Shown here: piece by piece, positions 52,446-64,000 of the stretch | Numbering within the stretch: position 1 is the first letter of the stretch | Layout: every line of letters starts with the position of its first letter | Source of the DNA: Octopus sinensis | Lineage: Eukaryota | Length of the DNA stretch: 64,000 nucleotides | Direction: 5' to 3' | Assembly (NCBI RefSeq): GCF_006345805.1 | Contig: NC_043011.1 | Span: forward strand, 3,224,001 to 3,288,000 | Made by a program: the position numbers and the translations under genes | The notes under the pieces: model-generated | Database searches by the model: none | Seen by the model: only the letters and a program-made list of their open reading frames with translations | Told to the model about the DNA's origin: nothing

Positions 52446-52526
52446 TTTAACTTCTTTTATAATTTGCCGATAGTCATTAAGTAGGAAGTATACTTTACAG
52501 TTACCTTGCCAAGGAATTGACCACTT

Positions 52527-52833
52527 TTGTAAGTCCAGTAGTTATTCTATCGGTCTCTTTTGCTGAACCACTAAGTGATGGGGACGTAAACACACCAGCA
52601 TTGGTTGTCAAGCAATGCTAGGGGGACAAACACAGACACACAAACATATATATATATATATATATATATACGACAGGCTTCTTTCAGTTTCCGTCTACCA
52701 AATCCACTCACAAGGCATTGGTCAGCACGGGTCTATAGCAGAAGACACTTGTCCGAGATACCACGCAGTGGGACTGAACCCGGAACCATGTGGTTGGTTA
52801 GCAAGCTACTTACCACACAGCCACTCCTGCGCC
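52527..52833 (-). mobile_element. SINE family A lacking tail
   Basis: Family match. Confidence 0.9.
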
Positions 52834-53061
52834 TGTTAAATTTTTGATACGATCTTTAATGAGTTCCTCTATAAGCACATGCTAATACCTTATATCCAAT
52901 ATCAGTTTTTAAATTTAGAGTATAGACCTAATGATGCAATGTTTAGGGGTCTAGTTTTGTTATTTGAAGTATCATCTTTGTTGCTGCTGTAATATTTGTC
53001 ATCATCATCATCTTCCAGTCATCACTAATATTGCTTCTGCCAAAACAGCACTAATCTTCAA

Positions 53062-53426
53062 CTAGCAGTATCACCCGGTGTTGCTCGGGTTTGTAAGGGA
53101 AATAACTATATAAGCATTTTTAGAGAGTTATAGCCAAAAAATAGCAAAAAAATGCATTAAAAATGGAAAAAAATTATGGTAAATTATTTTTTAAATCGTT
53201 GACTCATCGTAGACATTTTTAAAGAGTTACTTCCCTTATATAATAGCGAAAAAATGCATTAAAATGGAAAAAATTGATGGTAAACTGTTTTTAAAATCGT
53301 AGACTCATCGTAGACGTGCACTAATACCCAGAAGGGCTCGAAATGAATGACGACTATAAATGTGGGAGTAGTTAGGAATCTAAATCGTAAGAGACAGACA
53401 CACAACTTGACTTTTATATAGAAAGA
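53062..53426 (-). mobile_element. Non-autonomous Helitron
   Basis: Minus strand A|TC...CCCGAGCAACACCGGG hairpin..CTAG|T; internal ~115-bp duplication. Confidence 0.85.
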
Positions 53427-53494
53427 TATACGTGTCTGATGTATTATGTATATGCATAATTTATTTATGAAATCCTTTTAATATTCTTTTTATT

Positions 53495-53896
53495 CTTTCT
53501 TTTACTTGTTTCAGTCATTTGACTGCGGCCATGCTGGAGCACCGCCTTTAGTCGAGCAACTCGACCCCAGGACTTATTCTTTGTAAGCCCAGTACTTCTT
53601 CTGTCGGTCTCTTTTGACGAACTGCTAAGTGACGGGGGCATAAACACACCAGCATTGGTTGTCAAGCAATGCTAGGGGGACAAACACAGGTGCACAAACA
53701 CACACACACACACATATATATATACATATATATGCGACGGGCTTCTTTCAGTTTCCGTCTACCAAATCCACTCACAAGGCTTTGGTCGGACCGAGGCTAT
53801 AGTAGAAGACACTTGCCCAAGGTGCCACGCAGTGGGACTGAACCCGGAACCATGTGGTTGGTAAGCAAGCTACTTACCACACAGCCACTCCTGCGC
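53495..53896 (-). mobile_element. SINE family A
   Basis: Family match. Confidence 0.92.
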
Positions 53897-54292
53897 TTAT
53901 GTTGGGTTAATAAGAACTTCATCATAACTAGCTTTAAACCAAATGTCAGTTATTGTACTTGTGAATGACAACAACAGCCTAATCATTGCGATGTATCAAC
54001 AACACAATGGAGCAACTGCATTCATCACCATCATTATCATCCTTTAACGTCCACTTTCCATGCTGGTATGCATTGGACAGTTTGACCAGAGGTAACAAGC
54101 TGGGAAGCTGTGCCAAGTTCCAGTCTGATTTGGTTTGGTCTCTATAGCTAGATACCCTTCCTCATGCCAACCACTTCACAGTGGGAGCTCGGTGCTTTTA
54201 ATATGCCATTGGCATGAGCCCTTTTATGTGGCACTGGCACAAGTGCACACTATGTGGCACCAGCATAAGTGCATTTTACATGGCACTAGCAT

Positions 54293-54680
54293 AGGAGTGG
54301 CTGTGTGGTAAGTAGCTTGCTAACCAACCACATGGTTCCGGGTTCAGTCCCACTGCGTGGCATCTTGGGCAAGTGTCTTCTGCTATAGCCCCGGGCTAAC
54401 CAATGCCTTGTGAGTGGATTTGGTAGATGGAAACTGAAAGAAGCCTGTCGTATATATGTATATATATATGTGTGTGTGTATGTGTTTGTGTGTCTGTGTT
54501 TGTCCCTCTAGCATTGCTTGACAACCGATGCTGGTGTGTTTACGTCCCCGTAACTTAGCGGTTCGGCAAAAGAGACCAATAGAATAAGTACTGGGCTTAC
54601 AAAGAATATGTCCCGGGGTCGAGTTGCTCGACTAAAGGCGGTGCTCCAGCATGGCCGCAGTCAAATGACTGAAACAAGTA
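54293..54680 (+). mobile_element. SINE family A
   Basis: Family match. Confidence 0.92.
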
Positions 54681-55386
54681 ATGTACATATGTACAATGTA
54701 CATAATGAATATATCTGTTTCGAAGATACATATGGAATTCCAAATAACTCAGTTTATTTACAAAATTTATAAATATACACATGTTTATTTTAAACTGTAA
54801 AATTCATTATATTGTGTGTATTTACACACAATATAATGAATATATAACTTGATTGTTCTGTTATACAAAAGTTGATTCCTTATCATTTTGCAAGGCTTCA
54901 TCACTCCCAAAGCAGGAATTCCTCCTTGGACATTTAAAAAGACACAGGAAAACCAAAGTTTAACAAATGTGGTATAAGTTTAGTAGTTTAATGGAGAAAT
55001 TCATTATTTACTACAGTATTGCAACCCTTTTTTATACTTATTTTATATATGATGCACTCACACTCACACATGTTTATATGCAGTATTTACACATAGGCGT
55101 GGCTGTGCGGTAAGTAGCTTACTTCCCAACCACATGATTGCAGGTTCAGTCCCACTGTGTGGCACCTTGGGCAAGTGTCTTCTACTATAACCAAGAGCCG
55201 ATAAAAGCCTTGTGAGTGGATTTGGTTAATAGAAACTGAAAGAAGCCCATCATATATATTAGTACGGCATTGATTCATTTACTGCCAACTGAAACTGTGC
55301 TTGCGTGGTGAATTTGAAAAATTATAATGTATAATGATGAGACATTTGGTATTCGTCCCTTAATTATATGTTAGTGTTACGGTGCG

Positions 55387-55456
55387 GGCCACTGATGAGA
55401 AATTTGCCTAGCAAATTATTTTACTTGCTAAAATATTTTGAAACCTAGATCTGACC
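55387..55456 (+). ncRNA. Decayed type-I hammerhead with extended stem II
   Basis: GGCCA-CTGATGA-GAAAT...(TAGCAA..TTGCTA)...ATTTT-GAAA-CCTAGAT-C-TGACC; one mismatch each in stems I and III. Confidence 0.55.
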
Positions 55457-55472
55457 GGATTAAAATAATTGG

Positions 55473-55607
55473 ATTTGGGTAAAAGAAAATACAGGAGGAT
55501 CAGTTAATTATGGCTTTATTCTACATATTCCCCTCTCAGATTCACACACTTATTGCAGTTTTTCTAAGTCTTGTAAAAGAACTTAGAAGGTTGAGTTTTC
55601 AACCAGG
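55473..55607 (+). repeat. Dispersed repeat (probable PLE pLTR segment), copy 1
   Basis: ATTTGGGTAAAAGA.AATACAGGAGGATCAGTTAATTATGG... near-identical to 57383-57517. Confidence 0.75.
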
Positions 55608-55729
55608 CCATTTTCATTCCTTTTGAAGATTGCTCTTAAGTGTGGTTTTGGTCGTTTTGACTACTTCTTCTAGCGTGTAAAAATTGCCTGTTGAAGGCAG
55701 TTTTCTCTTGTGTTTAAATGTACACTATT

Positions 55730-55791
<62 letters not shown>

Positions 55792-55794
55792 TAT

Positions 55795-55954
55795 AGGAGT
55801 GGCTGTGTGGTAAGTAGCTTGCTTATGAACTACACGGTTCCGGGTTCAGTCCCATTGCGTGGCACCTTGGGCAAGTGTTTTCTACTAGACTCGGGCTGAC
55901 CAAAGCCTTGTTAGTGGATTTGGTAGACGGAAACTGAGAGAAGCCCGTCGTATG

Positions 55955-55985
<31 letters not shown>

Positions 55986-56213
55986 GTGTGTACATGTTTG
56001 TGTGTCTGTGTTTGTCCCCCACCCAAAACATCACTTGACAACCGATGCTGGTGTGTTTATGTCCCCATAACTTAGTGATTCAGCAAAAGTGACCGATAGA
56101 ATAAGTACTAGGCTTACAAAGAATAAGTCCTGGGGTTGATTTGTTTGACTAAAGGCAGTGCTCCAGCATGGTCGTAGTCAAATGACTGCAACAAATAAAA
56201 GAAAAAGAAAAAG
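55795..56213 (+). mobile_element. SINE family A (older subfamily)
   Basis: Family match. Confidence 0.9.
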
Positions 56214-56483
56214 AATGTGTTATATGAGAGATTTGTGAAGACGTGTGGCTTGGTGGTTAGGGTATTTGGCTCAAAATCATAAGGCCATGAGTTTGATTCC
56301 TGGCAGCATATTGCATCCTTGAGCAAGACACTTATTTCCTGTTGTTCCTGTCCACTCAGCTGGCAAAAATGAATAGTACTGAATCTACCTGAGAGACACA
56401 TATATTCAAATTACCTTTTATATGCAGGTGATGTGCCTACATTAACTAGCTCTCATGCAGCTATGGTTCTGTTTTATTCTCTA

Positions 56484-56793
56484 CTAGCAGTATCGCTCGG
56501 TGTTGCTCGGGTTTGTAAGGGAAATAACTATATAAGCATTTTTAGAGAGTTACTTCCCTTATATAACCTGAGCAAAAATCATTAAAAATGCGGAAAAATG
56601 ATGGTAATTTTTTTTAAAATCATAAACTCATCATAGACGCGCGCTAATACATACCCAGAAGGGCTCGATATGAATGACGACTATAAGATACCTGCTTTTG
56701 GTTAAACTGCACCGCAAAATGTGGGAGTAGTTAGGAATCTAAATCAGAGGAGACAGAGTCTCACACACACAACTTCAATTTTATATATAAAGA
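56484..56793 (-). mobile_element. Non-autonomous Helitron, same family as 53062-53426
   Basis: A|TC start, hairpin + CTAG|T end on the minus strand. Confidence 0.85.
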
Positions 56794-57382
56794 TTACTGA
56801 CTTACTAAGATTATATTGAAAGTGAAGCACTAGAAGAGTAGCACATTCATAGAACATCAGAAGTTGCGAAATACCTACATTGTTGATATTTATATTGAAT
56901 GTCTGCTACAAGGAAGTCAGTTAAGCAGCTCTAGAGAACATATGCATTTTGTAAATAGAGTTGTTTCTTCAAGTGATAGATACATATTCAACAACAACAA
57001 TGCTAAAAGCATGCATCAGAAGTGGAAACCAACAATAATGGTACATCAACTCTATTGATATAAAGATGTAATAATTATATTGATGTAATAGTGTAGTGAT
57101 ATAGTGTAATGATTGTGATATCATTACTTATTAAATGATGAGATAAAGTTAAATATTTTTTTTTTGTCTTGTCTATTCACCAACAGATGATAAATTACAT
57201 TCACAAAATCATGTATAATTGAACAAATCTAAAGCAGAACAATTATGTTTTAGTGGTCAAAACCCATGACATTTCAGGGTTTAGCTAGATATCATTATTA
57301 TTATGATGGCTCATTTGTACTGCACCACAAGATGCACCTCTGGGTTCTTGAGGTAACACTCTACCTGGAAATGTACAAGGAT

Positions 57383-57517
57383 ATTTGGGTAAAAGAGAAT
57401 ACAGGAGGATCAGTTAATTATGGCTTTATTCTACATATTCCCCTCTTAGATTCACACACTTATTGCAGTGGTCCTTCAGATTTTCTAAGAACTCAGAAGG
57501 TTGAGTCTCCAACCAGG
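57383..57517 (+). repeat. Dispersed repeat, copy 2 of 55473-55607
   Basis: Direct sequence match. Confidence 0.75.
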
Positions 57518-57812
57518 TCTTTTGCAATACCCTTAAAGCCAGGAACTTTTCAGCACCCCTTCATAGACTTGGGTTTGTAAATTACATCAATTTGCTTTAT
57601 TGTCGAGGTGTGTTGTAGTTTCTGGTGTGGTTCTATTGCTTCACCTGTTGCGTAGAGCATGTGGAATGTGAGTTGTGTTATTTAGTTAATATGTAGTGTT
57701 ATATTACTAAGTGTAATGCTATGTATGAATTGTTGTGTTTACTTTATATGATAGTAACTGTATAGAGGAGTATGTCTTTTGAGGATTGCAATATGTTATT
57801 TGGTGATGATTT

Positions 57813-58224
57813 ACTCTTTACTCTTTTACTCTTTTACTTGTTTCAGTCATTTGACTGCGACCAGGCTGGAGCACCGCCTTTAATCGAGCAACTCGACCCG
57901 GGACTTATTCTTTGTAAGCCCAGTACTTATTCTATCGGTCTCTTTTGCTGAACCGCTAAGTTACGGGGACATAAACACACCAGCATCGGTTGTCAAGCGA
58001 TGTTGGAGGGATAAACACAGACACACAAACTCACACACACACATATATATATACATATATACGACGGGCTTCTTTCAGTTTCCGTCTACCAAATCCACTC
58101 AGAAGGCTTTTGTCAGCCCGAGACTATAGTAGAAGACACTTGCCCAAGGTACCACGCAGTGGGACTGAACCCGGAACCATGTAGTTGGTAAACAAGCTAC
58201 TTACCACACAGCCACTCCTGTACC
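57813..58224 (-). mobile_element. SINE family A
   Basis: Family match. Confidence 0.92.
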
Positions 58225-59444
58225 TGGTGATGATTTCACAATATAATTCATGTTTATTTTACAGAATGGTGATTATGCAGGGTGTGAGTTGTATGGCTGT
58301 ATTATATTGTTTGGTAATGATTTCATGGTGTGGTGTGTTGTGTTGTGTAGCTTGTGTTTATTCTACTGGATGGGGGTTGTATAGAATATGTGTTACATAC
58401 AGAGACTGTACTGCTTTCATTGCACTATTGAATAAAAAATGTGTTGGATGTGGGTTGTGCTTAGCTGGACTATTTTTGGGGGACTGTGTGTGAAACTGAA
58501 AGTCCTAGTATAAATTCATGATTTTTAACATACCACTATCACCACCACCATTTACCCTCCCCCTCCTCCTTGTCGTCATCATCATCATCGTCATCATCAT
58601 CATCATCATCAACATCATCATTATTCTATGTTGTCACAATTATATGTGCTAGACGTATGTATTATTAAACTGCTTTTACATGTTAACTGCAATAACAGTA
58701 TCGTCTTTACTCCAGGCGATTGAAACAAAATTAATTAAAACTTCCCATTTATTACATTTGCCAACATGTCGCTGTCTGATGTTAACTTTCCTGTTGTTCT
58801 TTGGTGTTAATTTTGAAGACAAGATAGAAGTTTCAAACAGACTACACAATATATATACATTGTGTATTCAATAAATATGTTGCCATCTTTTTCCTCATCT
58901 TTTATCATTTCCTTTAAAGTTTGTATACTTACATATGCATAAACTAAGGTATCTGTACACTTATAAATACACATATATTTTGTGTCTGGTGTGTGTATAC
59001 ACACACACACACACACACTTCTGTTTGTTCTTAAGAACAATCAACAAAGATACAAAGTAAAGTACTATTTCAGGAAGGAGAAAATGCTACATTCTTTATT
59101 GAGCGAATGGTTTATAGAATTAATGCTGTTTTGATTTGAAGTGAATTTGATCCCAACTACAGTAATTAACCAAATAAACTAGGCTCATGTTCTAATTCCT
59201 TGGGGTAAGAAAAGATATGTAGTTGCATTTATGTCTTATTAGATGTAAAATTGTGAGAAAGACTAGTTGGTATAGAGTAGCCTGCCATAACTTTATCGCA
59301 AAGGTAATAAAATACAATGTTAGCCAAGATGAACAAAGGTTTTGCATAATGGTAATATTTGTTTAGATTTAACTCATGACACTAAGACAAACTCACACAC
59401 ACACATAAATAAATAAATATGTATATATATATATATATATATAT

Positions 59445-59606
59445 AAAGTTAATCCAAACAAGAAAGCACAAAAAACACAACACGAGGACATGGAACAAAT
59501 ACAGTATTATTGGATGCTCAGGAAAGAAGGAAAGAAGGAGGGTTTAACGTTTCGAGCGGAGCTCTTCGTCGGAAACATAGGAGAAGGGAAGACAGAGGAA
59601 AAAATG
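59445..59606 (-). mobile_element. PLE-type terminus with hammerhead motif (59542-59576), ending in (TA)n
   Basis: Minus strand GTTT-CCGACGA-A-GAGC(TCC)GCTC-GAAACGT-T-AAAC; related, more decayed copy at ~43586-43800. Confidence 0.65.
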
Positions 59607-62093
59607 TTTATATATATATATTTGTAAAATGGAAAGGAATGACTTCACTGGTAGTTCTAATCAGTTTAATTTAATGTTTTTTAAGTTTTTAATAATATAA
59701 ATTTTAGTTCATAGATCTAGTAAGTTTTTTGACAACTTAGGTGAGGAGAATTTTTTTGAAAATATTTTCTTGTTAACTTCTTTGGAGAACTGACTTTCAT
59801 TCCTTGTCAAATAGATCAGAGGATTTGGGGTTTTGTGATTCTATATATGGGATTTAGGTGTGTTTGGGGTGGTGTTAGGGTTTATGAATCAGTGAGGGAG
59901 TGAAAAACTGTTGATGAATAATAGTTGAAAGATACTAGTGAATGGTCAAGGCAAGATACTTGATTTGGGAAATGGGGGAGGTATTAAAGGAGTGCTTTGT
60001 GAAGCCATTTGATTAGTTGACCTTTCATCTGAAATCTAATGACCTGATGTTTTACCAAATTATTGCTTTTAGTCATTTTCTATGTTTCAGTTCTGTGTAT
60101 GGGGTGGTGGTGTTAATGAGGTATAAGATACATGTCTTTTGATAAAAAGTGTTTTTTTTATATATATTTTGGTTTGTGAGGGGCAGTGTTGAAGATCATG
60201 CTAGCTTACATATTTATTTCCCTACATATTATAAGCAAAAATTAAATATTCATTTCTCCCTCTCGCTGTCTCTCTCTATACATACACATGCACATATACA
60301 TATATACATACACACATACACACATATACACACACACATACACACGCACACATATATATATATGTATACATACATTCACACCTATACAAATGTACACAAA
60401 GATATATATATATATTAATAAATAAAACATATGCATATATATATACATATATGTACGTACCTACCTCTACATGTATATATACACGCATATATGAGTACAG
60501 GGCACCAAAAAAACGTCGAACACAATGAGAAACGAAAACATAGACACAAACCCAAGGAACTGGACATTTTTCTTAAACAACAAAAAAATAGAGTACAGGA
60601 CAAATAACACAAGGAAAAAAACCCCTTCTTCAGTCGCCATGGTTTCATCTACTCTACGTTTCGAAGGTGAAGGCGAGGCGTATCTTCGAAAGAAACTTTC
60701 CTTCCTGCGAAAAGCAAATCAAATATAATTTGAGATCTTTTTGCAGAGGGGTAAAAATGGTAACAAAACCAGGACAGTAACGACAGTACAAATATATATA
60801 TATATATAGCAAAATAATCAACAAGGATATCCAGAGGTAATGCAGTACAATCGTTTCCTGAGGGGATGGGCATGACTGAAACACCATTTGTCATAAATCT
60901 ACTCAACCAGAGCCTGACCAAGGTTAAACAACAAAAGTGATAGTTCTATTGTGTTCCTGCCATATGGTACATCTTTTTGGCTGAATGTCTTGGCTGCTTG
61001 AGAATTAATGCTTTGCCAATTTCAGGATAGGAAACTAGCAAACACTTGTTTGCCATCCTTTACTTTCAAGTCTATTTCCTCACTATTCAAATATTTTCTA
61101 TGGAGGTATTATGTTGATGACTAGTGAAATTTTAAGGTTTATTTATTTTTTATTTGTTGTCTTTTCCTGAAACCAGTCGACTGTGAGTTGAAAGTGATGC
61201 TTGTTCCATGTAAGGGAGTCTGTAACACATTGATTAATGTATCTTACAAGAAACACAATACAATTTTGCTATTAAAGTTTGAACATAAGATCACAGGAAC
61301 AATGGTTTTTGTTCAAAGCATTTAACCATCAATTCAGCTACGTAAACATTCTTTTCCACTGTCCTGTACTTACAATACCTGTTTGTTGTATAAGAAAGAG
61401 TGGTGCATATACTTTCAACAAAAGTATATTGATTAATTGTGCATAAGGAACGGGTTATTTTAGCCATGTAGAATAATTAAAGATCTAAATTATCTAGAGA
61501 GTGATTGACTCTAACAACCAATAGATCAAGATTTCACTTTAGTAAGAATTAACATCAGTTTTGATATATTTTAGACTACATGATCTTTAGTTAGATTGTA
61601 TAAACTCTATAAAAGCCAGCAGTGAGCTAAGTTTCCCAATAAGAATGCAACCACTAATAAATAATCTATCACCCAGCAAATTTTAATTAATCAGTTCTAA
61701 GTAAACATTTAGGATTAATTTAAAATAATTATGCAGTTAAAATCTATTTTGCTTTTAAATTACTAGATTACTTTTTATCATAGAACCCAGATTCAAATAT
61801 TTTCCTCCACAAAAGACATAAGGGAAATTGAACCCAATTAACCTTGAGTGCCAAGCGATAAATAACATCAGTTTCTGAGCTACACATCTAGAACACATAG
61901 AAATGTACATTTTAATATAAAAAAAATAGTTTAGAATAAGTACTAGGCTTACAAAGAATAAGTCATTGGGTTGATTTGTTTGTCTAAAGGTGGTGCTCCA
62001 AAAGTGGTAAGACTACTAAATAGAAACACCTAAAAATCTGAGGATATTGTCTTGAATTACCATCTGGGAAATATAGTTCTAATGTTGCATCAC

Positions 62094-62307
62094 TACTCTT
62101 TTACTCTTTTACTTGTTTCAATCATTTGACTGCGGCCATGCTGGAGCACCGCCTTTAATCAAGCAACTCGACCCCGGGACTTATTCTTTTTGTAAGCCCA
62201 GTACTTATTCTATCAGTCTCTTTTTGCCCAACCGCTAAGTAACGGGGACATAAACACACCAGCATCGGTTGTCAAGCAATGCTAGGAGGACAAACACAGA
62301 CACACAA

Positions 62308-62338
<31 letters not shown>

Positions 62339-62503
62339 CATATATACGACGGGCTTCTTTCAGTTTCTGTCTACCAAATCCACTCACAAGGCTTTGGTCG
62401 GTCTGAGGCTATAGTAGAAGACACTTGCCCAAGGTGCCATGCAGTGGGACTGAACCCGGAACCATGTGGTTGGTAAGCAAGCTACTTCCCACACAGCCAC
62501 TCC
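62094..62503 (-). mobile_element. SINE family A
   Basis: Family match. Confidence 0.92.
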
Positions 62504-62549
62504 TACTATCATCAGCTGATTGAGAAACACACTTCATTGTTTACAACAC

Positions 62550-63170
62550 ATCAGTATCCCTTCAGATTTAAATTGACTTCAAGTCATTTTCTTGATATAT
62601 TCAATCAAATTCACATCAATATTCATCAGGAACTTATAAAATTTGCAATACTTCCTCAATTGAAGATAATTTGAACTCTTGACTAATCCTATTCAGAACA
62701 TTCAAAATGCTCGAAACATCTTTCCACATGGCACTGTATGTGGGAAGACACTTATAACTAGCTTAATTCTATATTTCCAACCTACATTTATTCTAATCAG
62801 ACAATCTGTCTATAGTTTCAGCCAAATTTTTATGTGGCATTTGCCAGTTCCCACTATATTGGGAATTCAGTTCAACATCAAGTCTGAAATTTTTGATAAA
62901 TCCAGAAATATGGCCCTAGTGGTTTAGCCATGTTATATTATTATACTTGCAGGAAATAACCCAGCCAAAAATCTGGTACAACCCAACTTTTTGAACTAAT
63001 TAGTGTTCAATTTCTCCAAGAACATAAGAAATCTTTCCTGTATCCATTTTGCCATGGTAACATGACGAGATGATTATTACAAGTTTGAATATTTCTTTTT
63101 AAACTGTTGCAGTAAATAGTTTTATGACCATAGATTTCTCCTATACTTGGATAGGGTAATAGAAAACAAC
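62550..63170 (-). mobile_element. Highly decayed LINE RT remnant
   Basis: Minus strand RAIFLDLSKISD (~62880-62920) resembles the RT motif AIFLDLSKAFD. Confidence 0.4.
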
Positions 63171-64000
63171 TGAAAAACATTTTCCAGTAAAATCAGTAGA
63201 TTCTTTACTTACAGACTCACATTGGTCATAATGTGAGAAGCTTTTACTTTTGAGCCTTGAATGTTTTCTTATCCAATAAAACAGAGATGGCATATTCTGA
63301 AAACTTTACATATTCTTATGTGAAAAGATTAAATTATTTTCTAATTTTTGTTTTTAATGACAGTGAGACAAGAAAGAGCAGCTCTTATAACCAATTTTAA
63401 TATCCTTATAACTAGTGGCAGACAGCAAAGGTGTATTTAAACTATTGACCTGGCTCAAATGCAAGAGACAGAATAGTCTGCTAAATGAATCCAATGCTAG
63501 GTGATGGTATTAAACTCCATTATGAATGAAATCTACAAAATAAGGAAAGTATTAGGCTTAACCAAAGGAAGAAAAATCTTAATAACAAAACAATAAATAT
63601 CGATAAGAACTCTGAGAAAATAATAGGAACTAGGGCTTATATCCACCTGACCGTTTTCTAAAAATATGATGCCATCCTATCACAGACAACAGAGCACACA
63701 GCACTTCTAATCCCAACAAATATTTACTAAGCAAGAGTATGAAATGCCTGCAGTGAATTTAAATTGAATGCCTCAGGGCTGCCAACACGGTGACTTCTTG
63801 ATCAACTTAGCATATTTTCCTTTTCTAATAGAAATGTTTGATCTTCATCATATTGCATTATGTCTATACTCCAGTACAAATGGTTGTGTGTTTAAGAAGT
63901 TCGCTTGGCAACTACAATGTTTTGGATTCAGTCCCACTTTGCAACAACATAGTTGAGTGTCGAAAGTATTGTAGACAGAAATTTATGTTGCTGCTCTTCA

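Noticed and set aside
60620-60700. Hammerhead on the minus strand (CGAAACGTA, CTGAAGA)
   Set aside because: Core halves cannot be assembled with convincing stems; at most a decayed PLE terminus.

Overview
AT-rich, repeat-saturated animal genomic DNA. The SINE and microsatellite content suggests an octopus (coleoid cephalopod), which is an inference. No host gene is confidently visible, and nearly all ORF-track entries are microsatellite or SINE artefacts. The centrepiece is a young Penelope-like retroelement (PLE; RT + GIY-YIG, 47121-49200) wrapped in ~1.7-1.8 kb near-identical inverted arms (45311-47125 / 49567-51244) with a one-sided ~40 bp tail, inserted in (TA)n. Each arm carries a minimal hammerhead-ribozyme (HHR) fold with a non-canonical UUGACAA (U3-A8) core. 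A 1-kb ORF-less relative with the same architecture and ribozyme lies at 3802-4796. At least five other minimal HHR motifs with different core variants are scattered through the window. Also present: about 20 copies of one tRNA-derived SINE, several other SINE families with swapped heads and tails, and decayed CR1-like, RTE and R4/Dong LINEs. There are also mariner and DD37D/maT transposase fossils, a hAT MITE, non-autonomous Helitrons, and a decayed Helitron whose Pif1 motif has been amplified into a 12 x 92 bp minisatellite.
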